From an uncultured Chloroflexia bacterium (lineage in GTDB: Bacteria > Chloroflexota > Limnocylindria > Limnocylindrales > CSP1-4), in NCBI GenBank assembly GCA_963720755.1, contig CAVRGP010000011.1:256001-320000 (forward strand): DNA of 64,000 nucleotides, written 5' to 3'. Below are positions 1 to 9,898 of the stretch, one piece after another. Within the stretch, counting starts at the first letter, position 1, and each line of letters begins with the position of its first letter. A program made the translations under genes and the position numbers. The notes beneath the pieces were generated by a model. The model was not told the DNA's origin, ran no database searches, and saw only the letters and a program-made list of their open reading frames with translations.

Positions 1-140
1 GGCGCGAGCTCGGTGGTCATGGCTCGCGAGTGTAGCGGACGGCACGGGCCGGCCGATCGCCCGCCAGCCTCCGGCCGCGTCGGCCACCCGCGCCCGTCGG
101 CTACCATTCGGCGGATGTCCCGACCGATCGCCCGCAGACC

Positions 141-1259
141 ATGACCGCAGCCCCACTGCGCGTCGGTGTCCTCGGCGCCGGCACCGTCGGACGCGAGGTC
201 ATCGCGGCGCTGTCGAGCGGAGTCGGCGAGCTCCGGTCGTCCGACGGTCTCCCGATCCAGCTGCGCGCCATCGCGGTCCGTGACATCGGGCGGGCTGCCG
301 CATCCGGTCTGCCGACCGACATCCTCACCGACGCCCCGGCCCATGTCGTCGGCGACGATGCGATCGATGTGATCGTCGAGCTGATGGGCGGGGACGAGCC
401 GGCCCGCACCCTCATCGCCGCCGCGCTGTCGATGGGCAAGGGCGTGGTCACGGCCAACAAGCACGTCATCGCCCACCACGGCCCGGAACTTGAGGCCATC
501 GCCCGACGGACCGGCGCGGCGTTGCGGTTCGAGGCGTCGGTCGGCGGCGGGATCCCGGTCCTCGGTCCGCTGGCCGGCGACCTCGCCGCGAACCGGATCG
601 AACGTGTCCGCGGGATCGTCAACGGCACCACGAACCACATCATCACAGCGATGACCGACCCGTCCCACCCGCTCGACTATGGGTCCGCGCTGGCCGAGGC
701 GCAGCGGCTGGGGTACGCCGAAGCCGATCCGAGCGGCGATGTCGAGGGGCACGATGCCGTCAACAAGCTCGTCATCCTGGCCCGCCTCGCCTTCGACCGG
801 TGGCTCGACCCGGAGGCCATCCAGGTCCGCCCCGACGGCGTGGATGGTCCGGCCGGTGCCGGGATCACGACCGTGACGACCGCCGATCAGGCAGATGCTC
901 GCCGGATCGACCGGATCATCCGTCTGATCGCCACCGCCTCAGTCGGCGCGGATGGGACGATAAGGGCCGCCGTCCTGCCCACGGCTATACCGGTCGACTC
1001 ACCGCTCGGCCGCACCGGCGGGGTCCAGAACCGGATCGAGATCGATGCCGCGCCGGTCGGGCGGCTGGGGTTCGACGGGCTTGGCGCCGGGGGCGCAGCA
1101 ACGTCGTCGGCCGTGCTCGGGGACCTGCTGGCGATCGCCCGGCTCGGTGGCTCGACCTGGGCCGGACACCTGACGGCGGAACCGGCCGGTCCTGTCGCGC
1201 CGCCGCGGTTCGAGACGTTCGAGGCACGGAGTGGCATCCGGTATCCGATCGATGACTGA
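141..1259 (+). CDS. hom: homoserine dehydrogenase (short form, no ACT domain)
   Basis: GAGTVG Rossmann motif, [34 protein letters not shown]; directly upstream of thrC-thrB. Confidence 0.95.
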   Translation: MTAAPLRVGVLGAGTVGREVIAALSSGVGELRSSDGLPIQLRAIAVRDIGRAAASGLPTDILTDAPAHVVGDDAIDVIVELMGGDEPARTLIAAALSMGKGVVTANKHVIAHHGPELEAIARRTGAALRFEASVGGGIPVLGPLAGDLAANRIERVRGIVNGTTNHIITAMTDPSHPLDYGSALAEAQRLGYAEADPSGDVEGHDAVNKLVILARLAFDRWLDPEAIQVRPDGVDGPAGAGITTVTTADQADARRIDRIIRLIATASVGADGTIRAAVLPTAIPVDSPLGRTGGVQNRIEIDAAPVGRLGFDGLGAGGAATSSAVLGDLLAIARLGGSTWAGHLTAEPAGPVAPPRFETFEARSGIRYPIDD

Positions 1260-2337
1260 TGCGACCTCCGCTCCCGGTCCGGTCCGGCCCCGCCTCCTCG
1301 AGCGGTATCGCGGATTCCTGCCGATCACGGAGGCGACGCCCGCGCTGACCCTCGGGGAGGGGTTCACCCCGCTGGTCAAGGCGGACCGGCTCGGGGCGGC
1401 CCTCGGCCTGACCGAGCTCTACCTCAAGGTCGAGGGCCAGAACCCGACGGGATCGTTCAAGGATCGAGGGATGGTCCTCGCGGTCGCCAAGGCCATGGAG
1501 GCCGGTGCCGAGGCGATCGTCTGTGCGTCGACCGGCAACACGTCGGCGTCCGCGGCGGCGTACGGCGCGGCCGCCGGGCTGGAGGTCATCATCGTCCTGC
1601 CGAAGGGCCAGATCGCGGTCGGCAAGCTGCTCCAGACGATGATGGCCGGCGCCCGGGTCGTGGCCATCGACGGGAACTTCGATCAGGCCCTGACCATCGT
1701 CCGGGCCCTCGCGGAACAGGACGATCATCCGGTCACCCTGGTCAACTCCGTCAATCCGCACCGGCTGCAGGGCCAGAAGACGGCCGCGTTCGAGGTGTGC
1801 GACGTGCTCGGGCGGGCCCCGGATGTCCTGGCCATCCCGGTCGGCAACGCCGGCAACATCAGTGCCTACTGGGACGGATTCCTCGACTATTCGGCCGCCG
1901 GTCTCATCGCGGCGCGGCCGCGGATGTGGGGGTTCCAGGCGGCCGGTGCAGCGCCTCTCGTGGTCGGGCACCGGATCGACCGGCCGGACACGATCGCGAC
2001 CGCCATCCGGATCGGCGATCCGGCATCGGCCGCCAAGGCGATCGCCGCACGAGACGCGTCATCGGGCCGGATCAGCGCGGTGACGGACGAGGAGATCCTG
2101 TCGGCCTACCGGGCGCTCGCCCGGTATGAAGGGGTCTTCTGCGAACCGGCTTCCGCCGCGAGTGTCGCCGGCGTGACCAAGGCGGTCGGCGCCGGAGAAC
2201 TCGGCCCCGACGACACCGTCGTCTGCGTCCTGACCGGCCACGGACTCAAGGATCCGACGACCGCCGAACGATCAGTAGGGCCGTTCCTCGAGGCCGACGC
2301 GACGACCGGGGCGGTCGCCGTGGCCCTCGGCTGGTAG
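1252..2337 (+). CDS. thrC: threonine synthase
   Basis: [13 protein letters not shown] lysine, [33 protein letters not shown]; ATG 1252 overlaps the end of hom. Confidence 0.95.
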   Translation: MTDATSAPGPVRPRLLERYRGFLPITEATPALTLGEGFTPLVKADRLGAALGLTELYLKVEGQNPTGSFKDRGMVLAVAKAMEAGAEAIVCASTGNTSASAAAYGAAAGLEVIIVLPKGQIAVGKLLQTMMAGARVVAIDGNFDQALTIVRALAEQDDHPVTLVNSVNPHRLQGQKTAAFEVCDVLGRAPDVLAIPVGNAGNISAYWDGFLDYSAAGLIAARPRMWGFQAAGAAPLVVGHRIDRPDTIATAIRIGDPASAAKAIAARDASSGRISAVTDEEILSAYRALARYEGVFCEPASAASVAGVTKAVGAGELGPDDTVVCVLTGHGLKDPTTAERSVGPFLEADATTGAVAVALGW

Positions 2338-2342
2338 GGAGG

Positions 2343-3308
2343 ATGACGATGGGCCAATGGCTGGCAGAACTCGATGGCAACAAGATCACGGTCGAGGTGC
2401 CGGCATCGTCGGCCAACCTCGGAGCCGGATACGACTGCATCGGGATGGCCCTGGCGATCACCGACCGGATCGAGCTGGAGGTGCGTGCCTGGAGCCGCGG
2501 TGAGATCGAGATCACGGTCGAGGGTGAAGGTGCCGGCGAACTTCCGGGCGATCGGGACAACCGGTTCGTCCGCGGACTGGAAGGCGCCCTGCGAGCGGCT
2601 CGAGGCCCGCTTCCGGACGGCCTCGGGTGGCGCATCTCGATGCACAACGAGATCCCCCTCGCTCGGGGCCTCGGATCGTCGGCGGCCGCGACCGTCGGTG
2701 GCGTGCTGGTCGGCAACAGCCTGGCTGGCGACGCGCTGTCGATGCCGGAGATGCTCAAGATCGCCACCGACATCGAGGGACACCCGGACAACGCGGCGGC
2801 CGCGCTTCTCGGCGGGTTCGTCGTGTCCACGACGGCGCGGACCACGGTCGAGGCGATCCGGTTCGAGGCGCCCCGCGACCTTCGGGCAGTGCTGTTCATC
2901 CCGGACCTGCGCCTGCCGACCGACGCGATGCGGGCGGCCCTGCCGAGCGTCGTCCCGCTCGAGGATGCGGTGGCCAACCTCGGAGCCGTCGCGGTCGGCG
3001 TGGCCGGTCTGGCGACCGGGCATTTCGGCCTGCTATCGCTTCTCACCACGGACCGATTGCACGAGCGATATCGGGCGGCGGTCTACCCGCAGCTGCCGGC
3101 GATGGTCGAGGCCGCCCGCGAGGCCGGTGCCCTGGGCGCCTGCCTGTCCGGAGCGGGTTCGACCATCCTTGCGTTCGTCGACTCGATGACCGGGATCGCC
3201 CGGGTGGAGGCGGCCTTCGCCGCGGCCGCTGCCGATACCGACCTGGTCGGCCGGATGGTGGTCGTCGAGCCGCGCAACGTCGGGGCCAGGGTGGTCAGCC
3301 GGACCTGA
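2343..3308 (+). CDS. thrB: homoserine kinase
   Basis: PASSANLGAGYD, GHMP motif PLARGLGSSAA, EGHPDN, LSGAGST; GGGAGG RBS. Confidence 0.95.
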   Translation: MTMGQWLAELDGNKITVEVPASSANLGAGYDCIGMALAITDRIELEVRAWSRGEIEITVEGEGAGELPGDRDNRFVRGLEGALRAARGPLPDGLGWRISMHNEIPLARGLGSSAAATVGGVLVGNSLAGDALSMPEMLKIATDIEGHPDNAAAALLGGFVVSTTARTTVEAIRFEAPRDLRAVLFIPDLRLPTDAMRAALPSVVPLEDAVANLGAVAVGVAGLATGHFGLLSLLTTDRLHERYRAAVYPQLPAMVEAAREAGALGACLSGAGSTILAFVDSMTGIARVEAAFAAAAADTDLVGRMVVVEPRNVGARVVSRT

Positions 3309-3324
3309 TGGTGCCGTTCGCGAC

Positions 3325-4098
3325 CTAGCCGTCGCTGACGGTGTGGGCGCGCACGAAGCCGAGCACCTCGTCCCATGCCGCCGCGCTCTCCGCAGCGAAG
3401 TCGGCGGCCTTCCGATCGAAGAAGCTGTGTGGGGCGCCGGGGTAGGCGACGAGGCGGTGTTCGATGCCGGCCCCTGACAGGGCGACATCGAAGGCATCGA
3501 TGTCCTGCTGCGGGATGCTCCCGTCCGCGCCGCCGAACAGACCGAGGACCGGGCACTCCATCTCATCGACCACCTCGACCGGGATCGGCGTACCGTTCGC
3601 CCGCGCTCCGACCGGTGAGCCGTAGAATCCGATCGCGCCGGAAAGCCCCAGCCTGAGCGTCGGCGTCGCGAGTGCCAGTCGGCCTCCGAAGCAGAACCCG
3701 ACCGTGAACAGCTGGCCACCGCCGGCGTGGCCGCGCAGTTCGGTCGCGGCGGCGCGGATGTCGGCGGTCAGACCCGCGATCGTCGTCCTCTCGACATGGG
3801 GCATGTAGTCGAACGTGTCGTCTCGAGCGGTTTCGATCCCTGCCGTGCGCCCGAAGTAGTCGATCGCCAGGGCGTCGACCCCCGCCTCCGCGAACCGCAG
3901 GGCCAGTTCCTCGTAGTACGGATGCAGGCCGCGAACGTCCGGCAGGATGACGATGGCGGCTCCGCTGGGCCGGGCCGGTCGGGCGCGGAACGCGAGGAAC
4001 CGATTGCCGTCACCGGCGTCGAGCACCAACGAGGCATGGTCCAGCGAGCCACCCGCGATCGGGGCGATGGGCGGACGGCTGTCGAGATCGAAACACAT
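3325..4098 (-). CDS. dienelactone hydrolase family protein
   Basis: GFCFGG nucleophile elbow, FGGAD, YPGAPHSF. Confidence 0.85.
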   Translation of the reverse strand: MCFDLDSRPPIAPIAGGSLDHASLVLDAGDGNRFLAFRARPARPSGAAIVILPDVRGLHPYYEELALRFAEAGVDALAIDYFGRTAGIETARDDTFDYMPHVERTTIAGLTADIRAAATELRGHAGGGQLFTVGFCFGGRLALATPTLRLGLSGAIGFYGSPVGARANGTPIPVEVVDEMECPVLGLFGGADGSIPQQDIDAFDVALSGAGIEHRLVAYPGAPHSFFDRKAADFAAESAAAWDEVLGFVRAHTVSDG

Positions 4099-4187
4099 CA
4101 GGCGAACCTCCGGCGGCGGGACGCGACCATGGTCGCAGACCGGCCCCGTCCGGATCCAGGACGTCCAGCGGGTAGAATGCCCCGGCC

Positions 4188-5459
4188 ATGCCTGCCCCGC
4201 TCGTCGTCCAGAAATACGGTGGCTCGTCGGTGGCCGACGCCGACCGCATCAGGCAGGTCGCCGGCCGGATCGCCCGCGACCACGCCGCAGGACTCGACCT
4301 CGTCGTCGTCGTCTCGGCGATGGGCGACACGACCGATGAGTTACTCGGCCTGGCTGCGGCGATCACCGACGAGCCCGACCCGCGCGAGCTCGATGTCCTG
4401 CTGGCTACGGGAGAGCACCAGAGCGCGACCCTCCTGTCGATGGCGTTGCAGGGCCTGGGCGTCGATGCGATCAGCCTGACCGGGCCGCAGGCCGGGATCA
4501 CCACGGACGGTCGCTATGGCCGGGCTCGGATCGCCGGGATCGACCCGAGGCGGGTGCGCGCCGAGCTCAGCGTGGGCAAGGTCGTCATCGTGGCGGGGTT
4601 CCAGGGCCAGAGCGCGCGGGCCGTGGAGGATGACGAGATCACGACACTGGGTCGCGGCGGCAGCGATACCACCGCCGTGGCGCTCGCCGCCAGCATGGGT
4701 GCGGAACGTTGCCAGATCTTCACGGATGTCAACGGCGTGTACACGGCTGACCCGCGGCTGGTCGGGAAGGCACGCCAGTTGCACCTGATCGGTTACGAGG
4801 AGATGCTCGAACTCGCCCACCAGGGCGCCCAGGTCCTGCAGGTCCGCGCCGTCGAACTGGGATGGATCAACGACCTCGTCATCGAGGTCCTGAGCTCGTT
4901 CGAGGATGCACCGGGTACGCTCATCACGGAGGACCCACTCGTGGAGCAGCGCAACAAGGTCCGTGGCCTGGCCCACGACCGGAACGTCGCCAAGGTCACC
5001 GTCGTGGCCGTGCCGGACCGACCGGGCGTGGCGCGATCGATCTTCGAGCCATTGGCGGCGGCGTCGATCAACATCGACATGATCGTCCAGAACGTGGGTC
5101 ATGGCGGTGAGACCGACCTCTCGTTCACCGTCCCCCGGGTCGAACTGGCGGCGGCCAAGAAGGCCCTCGAACCACTCGTGCGCACGCTCGGCGCTCGGGA
5201 GCTCACGACCGATACGTCCGTCGCCAAGGTATCGATCGTCGGCGCCGGCCTGCACAACGCGCCCGGGTATGCCGCCCGGATGTTCGGGACGCTCGCCGAC
5301 GCTGGCGTCAACATCGAGATGATCTCGACATCCGAAGTGCGGATCACGTGCATGATCGCCGAGGCCGATCTCGAGACCGCGCTGCGGGCGCTCCACGATG
5401 CCTTCGAGCTCGAGCGGCCGGAACCCGTCGACGCGGTCGACCCGGCGGTGGCGACGTGA
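4188..5459 (+). CDS. lysC: aspartate kinase (alpha subunit; probable internal beta-subunit start at 4941)
   Basis: VQKYGGSSV, TTLGRGGSDTTA, TDVNGVYTADP, two C-terminal ACT domains. Confidence 0.95.
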   Translation: MPAPLVVQKYGGSSVADADRIRQVAGRIARDHAAGLDLVVVVSAMGDTTDELLGLAAAITDEPDPRELDVLLATGEHQSATLLSMALQGLGVDAISLTGPQAGITTDGRYGRARIAGIDPRRVRAELSVGKVVIVAGFQGQSARAVEDDEITTLGRGGSDTTAVALAASMGAERCQIFTDVNGVYTADPRLVGKARQLHLIGYEEMLELAHQGAQVLQVRAVELGWINDLVIEVLSSFEDAPGTLITEDPLVEQRNKVRGLAHDRNVAKVTVVAVPDRPGVARSIFEPLAAASINIDMIVQNVGHGGETDLSFTVPRVELAAAKKALEPLVRTLGARELTTDTSVAKVSIVGAGLHNAPGYAARMFGTLADAGVNIEMISTSEVRITCMIAEADLETALRALHDAFELERPEPVDAVDPAVAT

Positions 5460-5487
5460 CCGTCTGTCGTCGGTTCCGGCCCCGCCG

Positions 5488-6312
5488 ATGACTGCCGTCC
5501 TCGCTCGGCTCGAGCGCTTCGACCGGGTCGGTTCGACCAATGACGTCGTTCGCGACTGGCTGGCCGAAGGCACACCCGAAGTGTGCCTGGCCGTGGCCTC
5601 CGAGCAGACCGACGGCCGTGGTCGCCAGGGCCGGGCATGGGTGGGACCACCCGGCCAGGCCCTGCTGCTGTCGGTCGGGTTCCGCCCGACGTGGGTGGAT
5701 CCCGCCGGCGTGTGGCGACTCGCGGCGACGGTGTCCATGGCGATGGCCGAAGCCGCCGAGGCGATGGCCGGTCTGCCGGCCGGTTCGATCCGCCTGAAGT
5801 GGCCGAACGACCTCGTCGTCGAGGTGGCGGGTCGGCCAGATGCGCCGGGCGCGGTCCGCAAGCTCGCCGGCGTCCTTGGCGAGACCGCCGGGCTCGGGAC
5901 GCTGGACCCGTCCGCCGTCGTCGGGATCGGGATCAACACCGACTGGTCGGCGTCGGACTTCCCGGCCGACCTGAAGTCATCGATGACGTCACTCCGCGAG
6001 GTCGGCGGTCGGCCGGTCGATGGTGCTGCGCTACTCGATCGCTTCATCGAGCGACTCGGGGCGCGGATCGACGACCTGCGCGAGTCCGGTCGGTTCGACG
6101 CGGTGGCATGGGCGGACCGGCAGGTCACGACCGGACGGATGATCCGGCTCGAGCGTCCCGATGGCGCCCTGTCGGCGCTCGCGGTCGGCGTCGACCCGAC
6201 GACGGGCGCCCTCATCATCCGCGAACCCGGGCCGTCCGGGCTGGACCGGTCGGTGGTTGTCGGCGAAGTCAGCCACCTCCGGTTCGTGGACCCAGTCGCG
6301 GCCGGGGTGTAA
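5488..6312 (+). CDS. birA: biotin--[acetyl-CoA carboxylase] ligase (no N-terminal HTH)
   Basis: STND, QTDGRGRQGRAW, KWPND, KLAGVL, GIGIN; start position uncertain. Confidence 0.9.
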   Translation: MTAVLARLERFDRVGSTNDVVRDWLAEGTPEVCLAVASEQTDGRGRQGRAWVGPPGQALLLSVGFRPTWVDPAGVWRLAATVSMAMAEAAEAMAGLPAGSIRLKWPNDLVVEVAGRPDAPGAVRKLAGVLGETAGLGTLDPSAVVGIGINTDWSASDFPADLKSSMTSLREVGGRPVDGAALLDRFIERLGARIDDLRESGRFDAVAWADRQVTTGRMIRLERPDGALSALAVGVDPTTGALIIREPGPSGLDRSVVVGEVSHLRFVDPVAAGV

Positions 6313-6316
6313 CACG

Positions 6317-6943
6317 ATGACCCGATCTGCGTTCTGGAAGGTAGGCCATCCGGAGGAGGACGGCCCGCGCCATGGCGATCTCGACCACGATCGACGTCTG
6401 GTCGAGGCGGCCAAGGCGGATCCGGCCCGCTTCGAGGCCCTCTATCGGAAGTACCTGGCCCAGGTGTACAGCTACGCGTTCTACGAGCTGCGCGACCCCC
6501 ACGATGCGGAAGATGCCACCGCACGAACCTTTCTCGCTGCCCTGGCCAACCTCGGTCGGTTCGAGGAGCGCGCTCGCCCGGCCGATGGCGACGGAGCCTC
6601 GACCTTCCGGGTGTGGCTATTCCAGATCGCCCGGAACGCCGTGGCCGAACGCCGGCGCCGTCAGCAGCGACGCCCCGAGGCGCCTCTCGAAGCCGCTGGA
6701 GCGATCGCATCGCCGATCGATGTCGAAGGTGACGCCGCCCGTCATGACGAGGCGTTTGCCGCCTGGAGCGCCGTGGGTCGTCTGCCGGACGACCGGCGCC
6801 GGGCGCTCGTCCTGCGCTTCGTGGATGAGATGACGACCAGGGAGATCGCGGGCGTCCTGGGCCGATCCGAAGGGGCCGTCCGGGTCCTCATCCACCGCGC
6901 ATTGCGCAGCCTCGCTCGCGACCTCGACGACCCGGCCGGATGA
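6317..6943 (+). CDS. ECF RNA polymerase sigma factor (sigma-70 family)
   Basis: region 2 DAEDAT..TF...FRVWLFQIARN; region 4 TREIAGVLGRSEGAVRVLIHRA. Confidence 0.9.
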   Translation: MTRSAFWKVGHPEEDGPRHGDLDHDRRLVEAAKADPARFEALYRKYLAQVYSYAFYELRDPHDAEDATARTFLAALANLGRFEERARPADGDGASTFRVWLFQIARNAVAERRRRQQRRPEAPLEAAGAIASPIDVEGDAARHDEAFAAWSAVGRLPDDRRRALVLRFVDEMTTREIAGVLGRSEGAVRVLIHRALRSLARDLDDPAG

Positions 6944-7371
6944 CGGGCCTCAGCGGGCGGGACGCGATCGAGATCGAAGCCCTGGTCACCGACCGATACC
7001 TCGATTCGTTGCTGGACGCCCACGCCCGAGGGGCCGATCGCGCTCCCGCGGCCACGCTTCCGTCGCTCCCGATCCGTACGGTCGCCGACCGATTGGCACG
7101 GGACCTTCCCCGCTACCACCCCTCATTTCGGTTCGAGGAGGCGCTGGCCGGCCGCCTGGCCGCGGTGGCCGAGACGATGCGTGCCCACGGTGGCCCAGGC
7201 CCGCAGGTCGTGGCCTTCCCCGGCGGACCGATCGGATCCGATGTCCGGCCGGCCCGTGGTCGTCCGCTTCTCGTTGGCGGCGCGGTCACGTCCGCGGCCC
7301 TGTCGCTCGCCGGTGCTGGCTATCTCGTCTGGCGCCGGGTTCGCCCCTCGGCTGGGTCGAGGGCGATCTGA
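6940..7371 (+). CDS. hypothetical protein with C-terminal TM helix, possible anti-sigma factor
   Basis: ATGA overlap with the sigma gene; hydrophobic LLVGGAVTSAALSLAGAGYLVW followed by RR; its stop overlaps the accD start. Confidence 0.65.
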   Translation: MTGLSGRDAIEIEALVTDRYLDSLLDAHARGADRAPAATLPSLPIRTVADRLARDLPRYHPSFRFEEALAGRLAAVAETMRAHGGPGPQVVAFPGGPIGSDVRPARGRPLLVGGAVTSAALSLAGAGYLVWRRVRPSAGSRAI

Positions 7372-9293
7372 TGCCGATCAAGCTGCCGTCGTTCCGGGCG
7401 CATCGCGATGTCTATCCGGCCGATCTGTGGACCAACTGTCCGACCTGCGAGACGATGGTCTTCAACAAGCAACTCGAGAAGGCCCTTCGAGTCTGCCCGA
7501 CCTGCGGCCACCACTTTCGGTTGTCGGCGGCAGCGCGTCTCGAGCAGTTGCTCGATCCCGGGACCTGGTCGGAACGCGACGCCGGCCTCCAGTCGGTCGA
7601 CCGCCTCGGCTTCGTCGACCAGAAGCCATACCCGGACCGCCTGGCGGCGGCTCAGGCCGCGACCGGGATGCGCGATGCCGCCGTGTGGGGCACGGCCACC
7701 ATGTCAGGCCATCCCGTCGTGATCTGCGTGATGGACTTCGGGTTCATGGGCGGGTCGATGGGCGCGGTGGTCGGTGAGAAGGTCACCCGGGCGGCGGAAT
7801 TCGCCCTCGACTCGCGGACCCCGTTGGTCGTGGTCAGCGCCTCCGGTGGAGCGCGGATGCAGGAGGGGACGCTGGCCCTGATGCAACTGGCCAAGACCAT
7901 GGGCGCCATCGAGCGGCTACGGGCGGGTGGCGTGCCGTTCATCAGCGTCCTGGCCGACCCGACCACCGGTGGCGTGTTCGCGTCGTTCGCTGCGGTCGGG
8001 GATGTCAACATCGCCGAGCCCGACGCCCTGATCGGATTCGCCGGATCACGCGTCTCCGCCGGGACGATCGCCCAGGAGCTGCCCGAAGGGTTCCAGCGGT
8101 CCGAGTTCCTGTTCGAACACGGGTTCATCGACCGGGTCGTTGCCAGACCGGACCTGCGCGATGAACTCATCGGACTGCTCCGCCTCCTGCCCGCACGCTC
8201 CCTCGACGGGAGCGATCTGCCCCCGATCGACGGCGAACCGGCGGGTTTCCGACCGCTTTCGTTCCTCACCTCGCTGGCCGAGCGAGTGGCGGATCGGCCC
8301 TCCGGCGAACCGGCTGGCGGGCACGGGGAGGTCGCGACCTCGAGCGAGGATCCCCAGGAGGCGATGTGGGCCCGCGTCCAGCTCGCTCGCAACCTGCATC
8401 GCCCCAGGACCCTGGAGTTCGTGGCCTCGATGACCGACGAGTTCATCGAACTCCACGGTGATCGGTTGTTCGGGGACGATGCCGCGATCGTCGTCGGCCT
8501 GGCTCGCCTCGACGGACGCCGGGTGGCGATCGTCGGCCAGCAGAAGGGTGCTGACACCGAGGAGAACATCCGTCGGAATTTCGGGATGCCCCACCCGGAG
8601 GGCTATCGCAAGGCGATGCGGGTCATGGACCTGGCCGAGCGGTTCGGCCTGCCGGTGATCACCTTCGTCGACGTCCCCGGCGCCCATCCCGGACCGGAAT
8701 CGGAGGAGCGCGGCATCGCCGAGGCGATCGCTCGGTCGACCGGCCTGATGACCCGTCTGCGCACCCCGATCGTCACCGTCATCACCGGCGAAGGTGGGTC
8801 CGGTGGCGCGATCGCGATCGCGGTCGGCGACGTGGTCATCGCGCTGGAGAACGCCGTCTACTCGGTCATCTCACCGGAAGGTTGCGCCTCGATCCTGTGG
8901 CGGACGGCCGACGCTGCACCGGCGGCGGCCCTGGCGATGAAGATGGGGGCCGCCGACCAGGAAGCGATCGGCGTCGTCGACGTGGTGGTGGCGGAGCCCC
9001 CCGGTGGGGCGCACACGGACCCTGCTGACATGGGCCGGCGGCTCAAGGCGATCATCGTCGACCGGTTGGATGCACTCGACCAACTGCCTCTCGATGCGCT
9101 GCTCGAAGCGCGCTATCGGCGGTATCGGGCGCTCGGGTCCTACACTGAGCTCGTGCAGCCAGAACTTGCCCCGCCAGCTCCCCGGGGCCTTGGCGATCGA
9201 CTCCGTGACCTGCTCGATCCGGGTCGGCGCGTGGTCGGCGCCAGCGTGCCGTCCTGGTCGCGCGACGACCCGCCAGCGCATGAGGAGGTCTAG
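7371..9293 (+). CDS. accDA: acetyl-CoA carboxylase carboxyltransferase, fused beta (AccD) and alpha (AccA) subunits
   Basis: N-terminal CPTC..CPTC zinc finger, FMGGSMG, SGGARMQEG; after a linker RNFGMPHPEGYRKA, GEGGSGGA, YSVISPEG. Confidence 0.93.
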   Translation: MPIKLPSFRAHRDVYPADLWTNCPTCETMVFNKQLEKALRVCPTCGHHFRLSAAARLEQLLDPGTWSERDAGLQSVDRLGFVDQKPYPDRLAAAQAATGMRDAAVWGTATMSGHPVVICVMDFGFMGGSMGAVVGEKVTRAAEFALDSRTPLVVVSASGGARMQEGTLALMQLAKTMGAIERLRAGGVPFISVLADPTTGGVFASFAAVGDVNIAEPDALIGFAGSRVSAGTIAQELPEGFQRSEFLFEHGFIDRVVARPDLRDELIGLLRLLPARSLDGSDLPPIDGEPAGFRPLSFLTSLAERVADRPSGEPAGGHGEVATSSEDPQEAMWARVQLARNLHRPRTLEFVASMTDEFIELHGDRLFGDDAAIVVGLARLDGRRVAIVGQQKGADTEENIRRNFGMPHPEGYRKAMRVMDLAERFGLPVITFVDVPGAHPGPESEERGIAEAIARSTGLMTRLRTPIVTVITGEGGSGGAIAIAVGDVVIALENAVYSVISPEGCASILWRTADAAPAAALAMKMGAADQEAIGVVDVVVAEPPGGAHTDPADMGRRLKAIIVDRLDALDQLPLDALLEARYRRYRALGSYTELVQPELAPPAPRGLGDRLRDLLDPGRRVVGASVPSWSRDDPPAHEEV

Positions 9294-9296
9294 CCA

Positions 9297-9896
9297 GTGC
9301 CCCGTCCCGCCAAGCGGCTCGGTGACGACCACTCCGAACGGTCCGACGCCGACCGAACGGCCGATCACACGGCGATCGATCGCCTGAGCGAAGGATTGCT
9401 GCCGGCCCTCATCGCCAAGCTCGGCGCGACCGGCCTCGGCGAACTCGAAGTCCGTGAGGGCGGCTGGCGAGTGCGCCTGCGTCGCCCGGCCGGAGGCGTG
9501 CCGATCGGCTCACGTGATCGACGTCCCGGTGATCGCGACCGAACCCCGTGGGTCGCTGGATCGACCGGCGCCGCCAGCGTGGGACTCACACCTGTGGGAC
9601 CCGGCCGCGACGACCGACACGATCGGGACGACACCGGTTCACGCGAACTCGGACGGATCGTCGCGACCGCGCCGGCGGTGGGCATCTTCCGGCCTCGCCC
9701 GGAGGCGCGCGCCGGCACCAAGATCCGGGCCGGCGACCGCCTTGGCTCGATCGACATGCTGGGCGTTCCGCAAGAGGTCATCGCTCCCTCCGACGGGGTC
9801 GTCGGGGCCAGCCTGGTCGAGCCCGGCGACGCCGTCGAATACGGGCAGGAACTCATCCTGATCGAGTTCGCGTCCGGCCCCGGTTCGGAGTCCTGA
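9297..9896 (+). CDS. BCCP-like biotinyl-domain protein lacking the biotin-accepting lysine
   Basis: AccB-like N-terminus (LGELEVREGGWRVRLRR) and C-terminal APAVGIF...GD.LG.I...EV.AP.DG.V...LVEPGDAVEYGQEL; has IDMLGV where IEAMKM is expected. Confidence 0.8.
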   Translation: MPRPAKRLGDDHSERSDADRTADHTAIDRLSEGLLPALIAKLGATGLGELEVREGGWRVRLRRPAGGVPIGSRDRRPGDRDRTPWVAGSTGAASVGLTPVGPGRDDRHDRDDTGSRELGRIVATAPAVGIFRPRPEARAGTKIRAGDRLGSIDMLGVPQEVIAPSDGVVGASLVEPGDAVEYGQELILIEFASGPGSES

Positions 9897-9898
9897 TC

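Noticed and set aside
1-20. Start of a minus-strand gene (ATG at 20, TACACT -10 upstream)
   Set aside because: Only about 6 codons lie in the window, so no product can be supported
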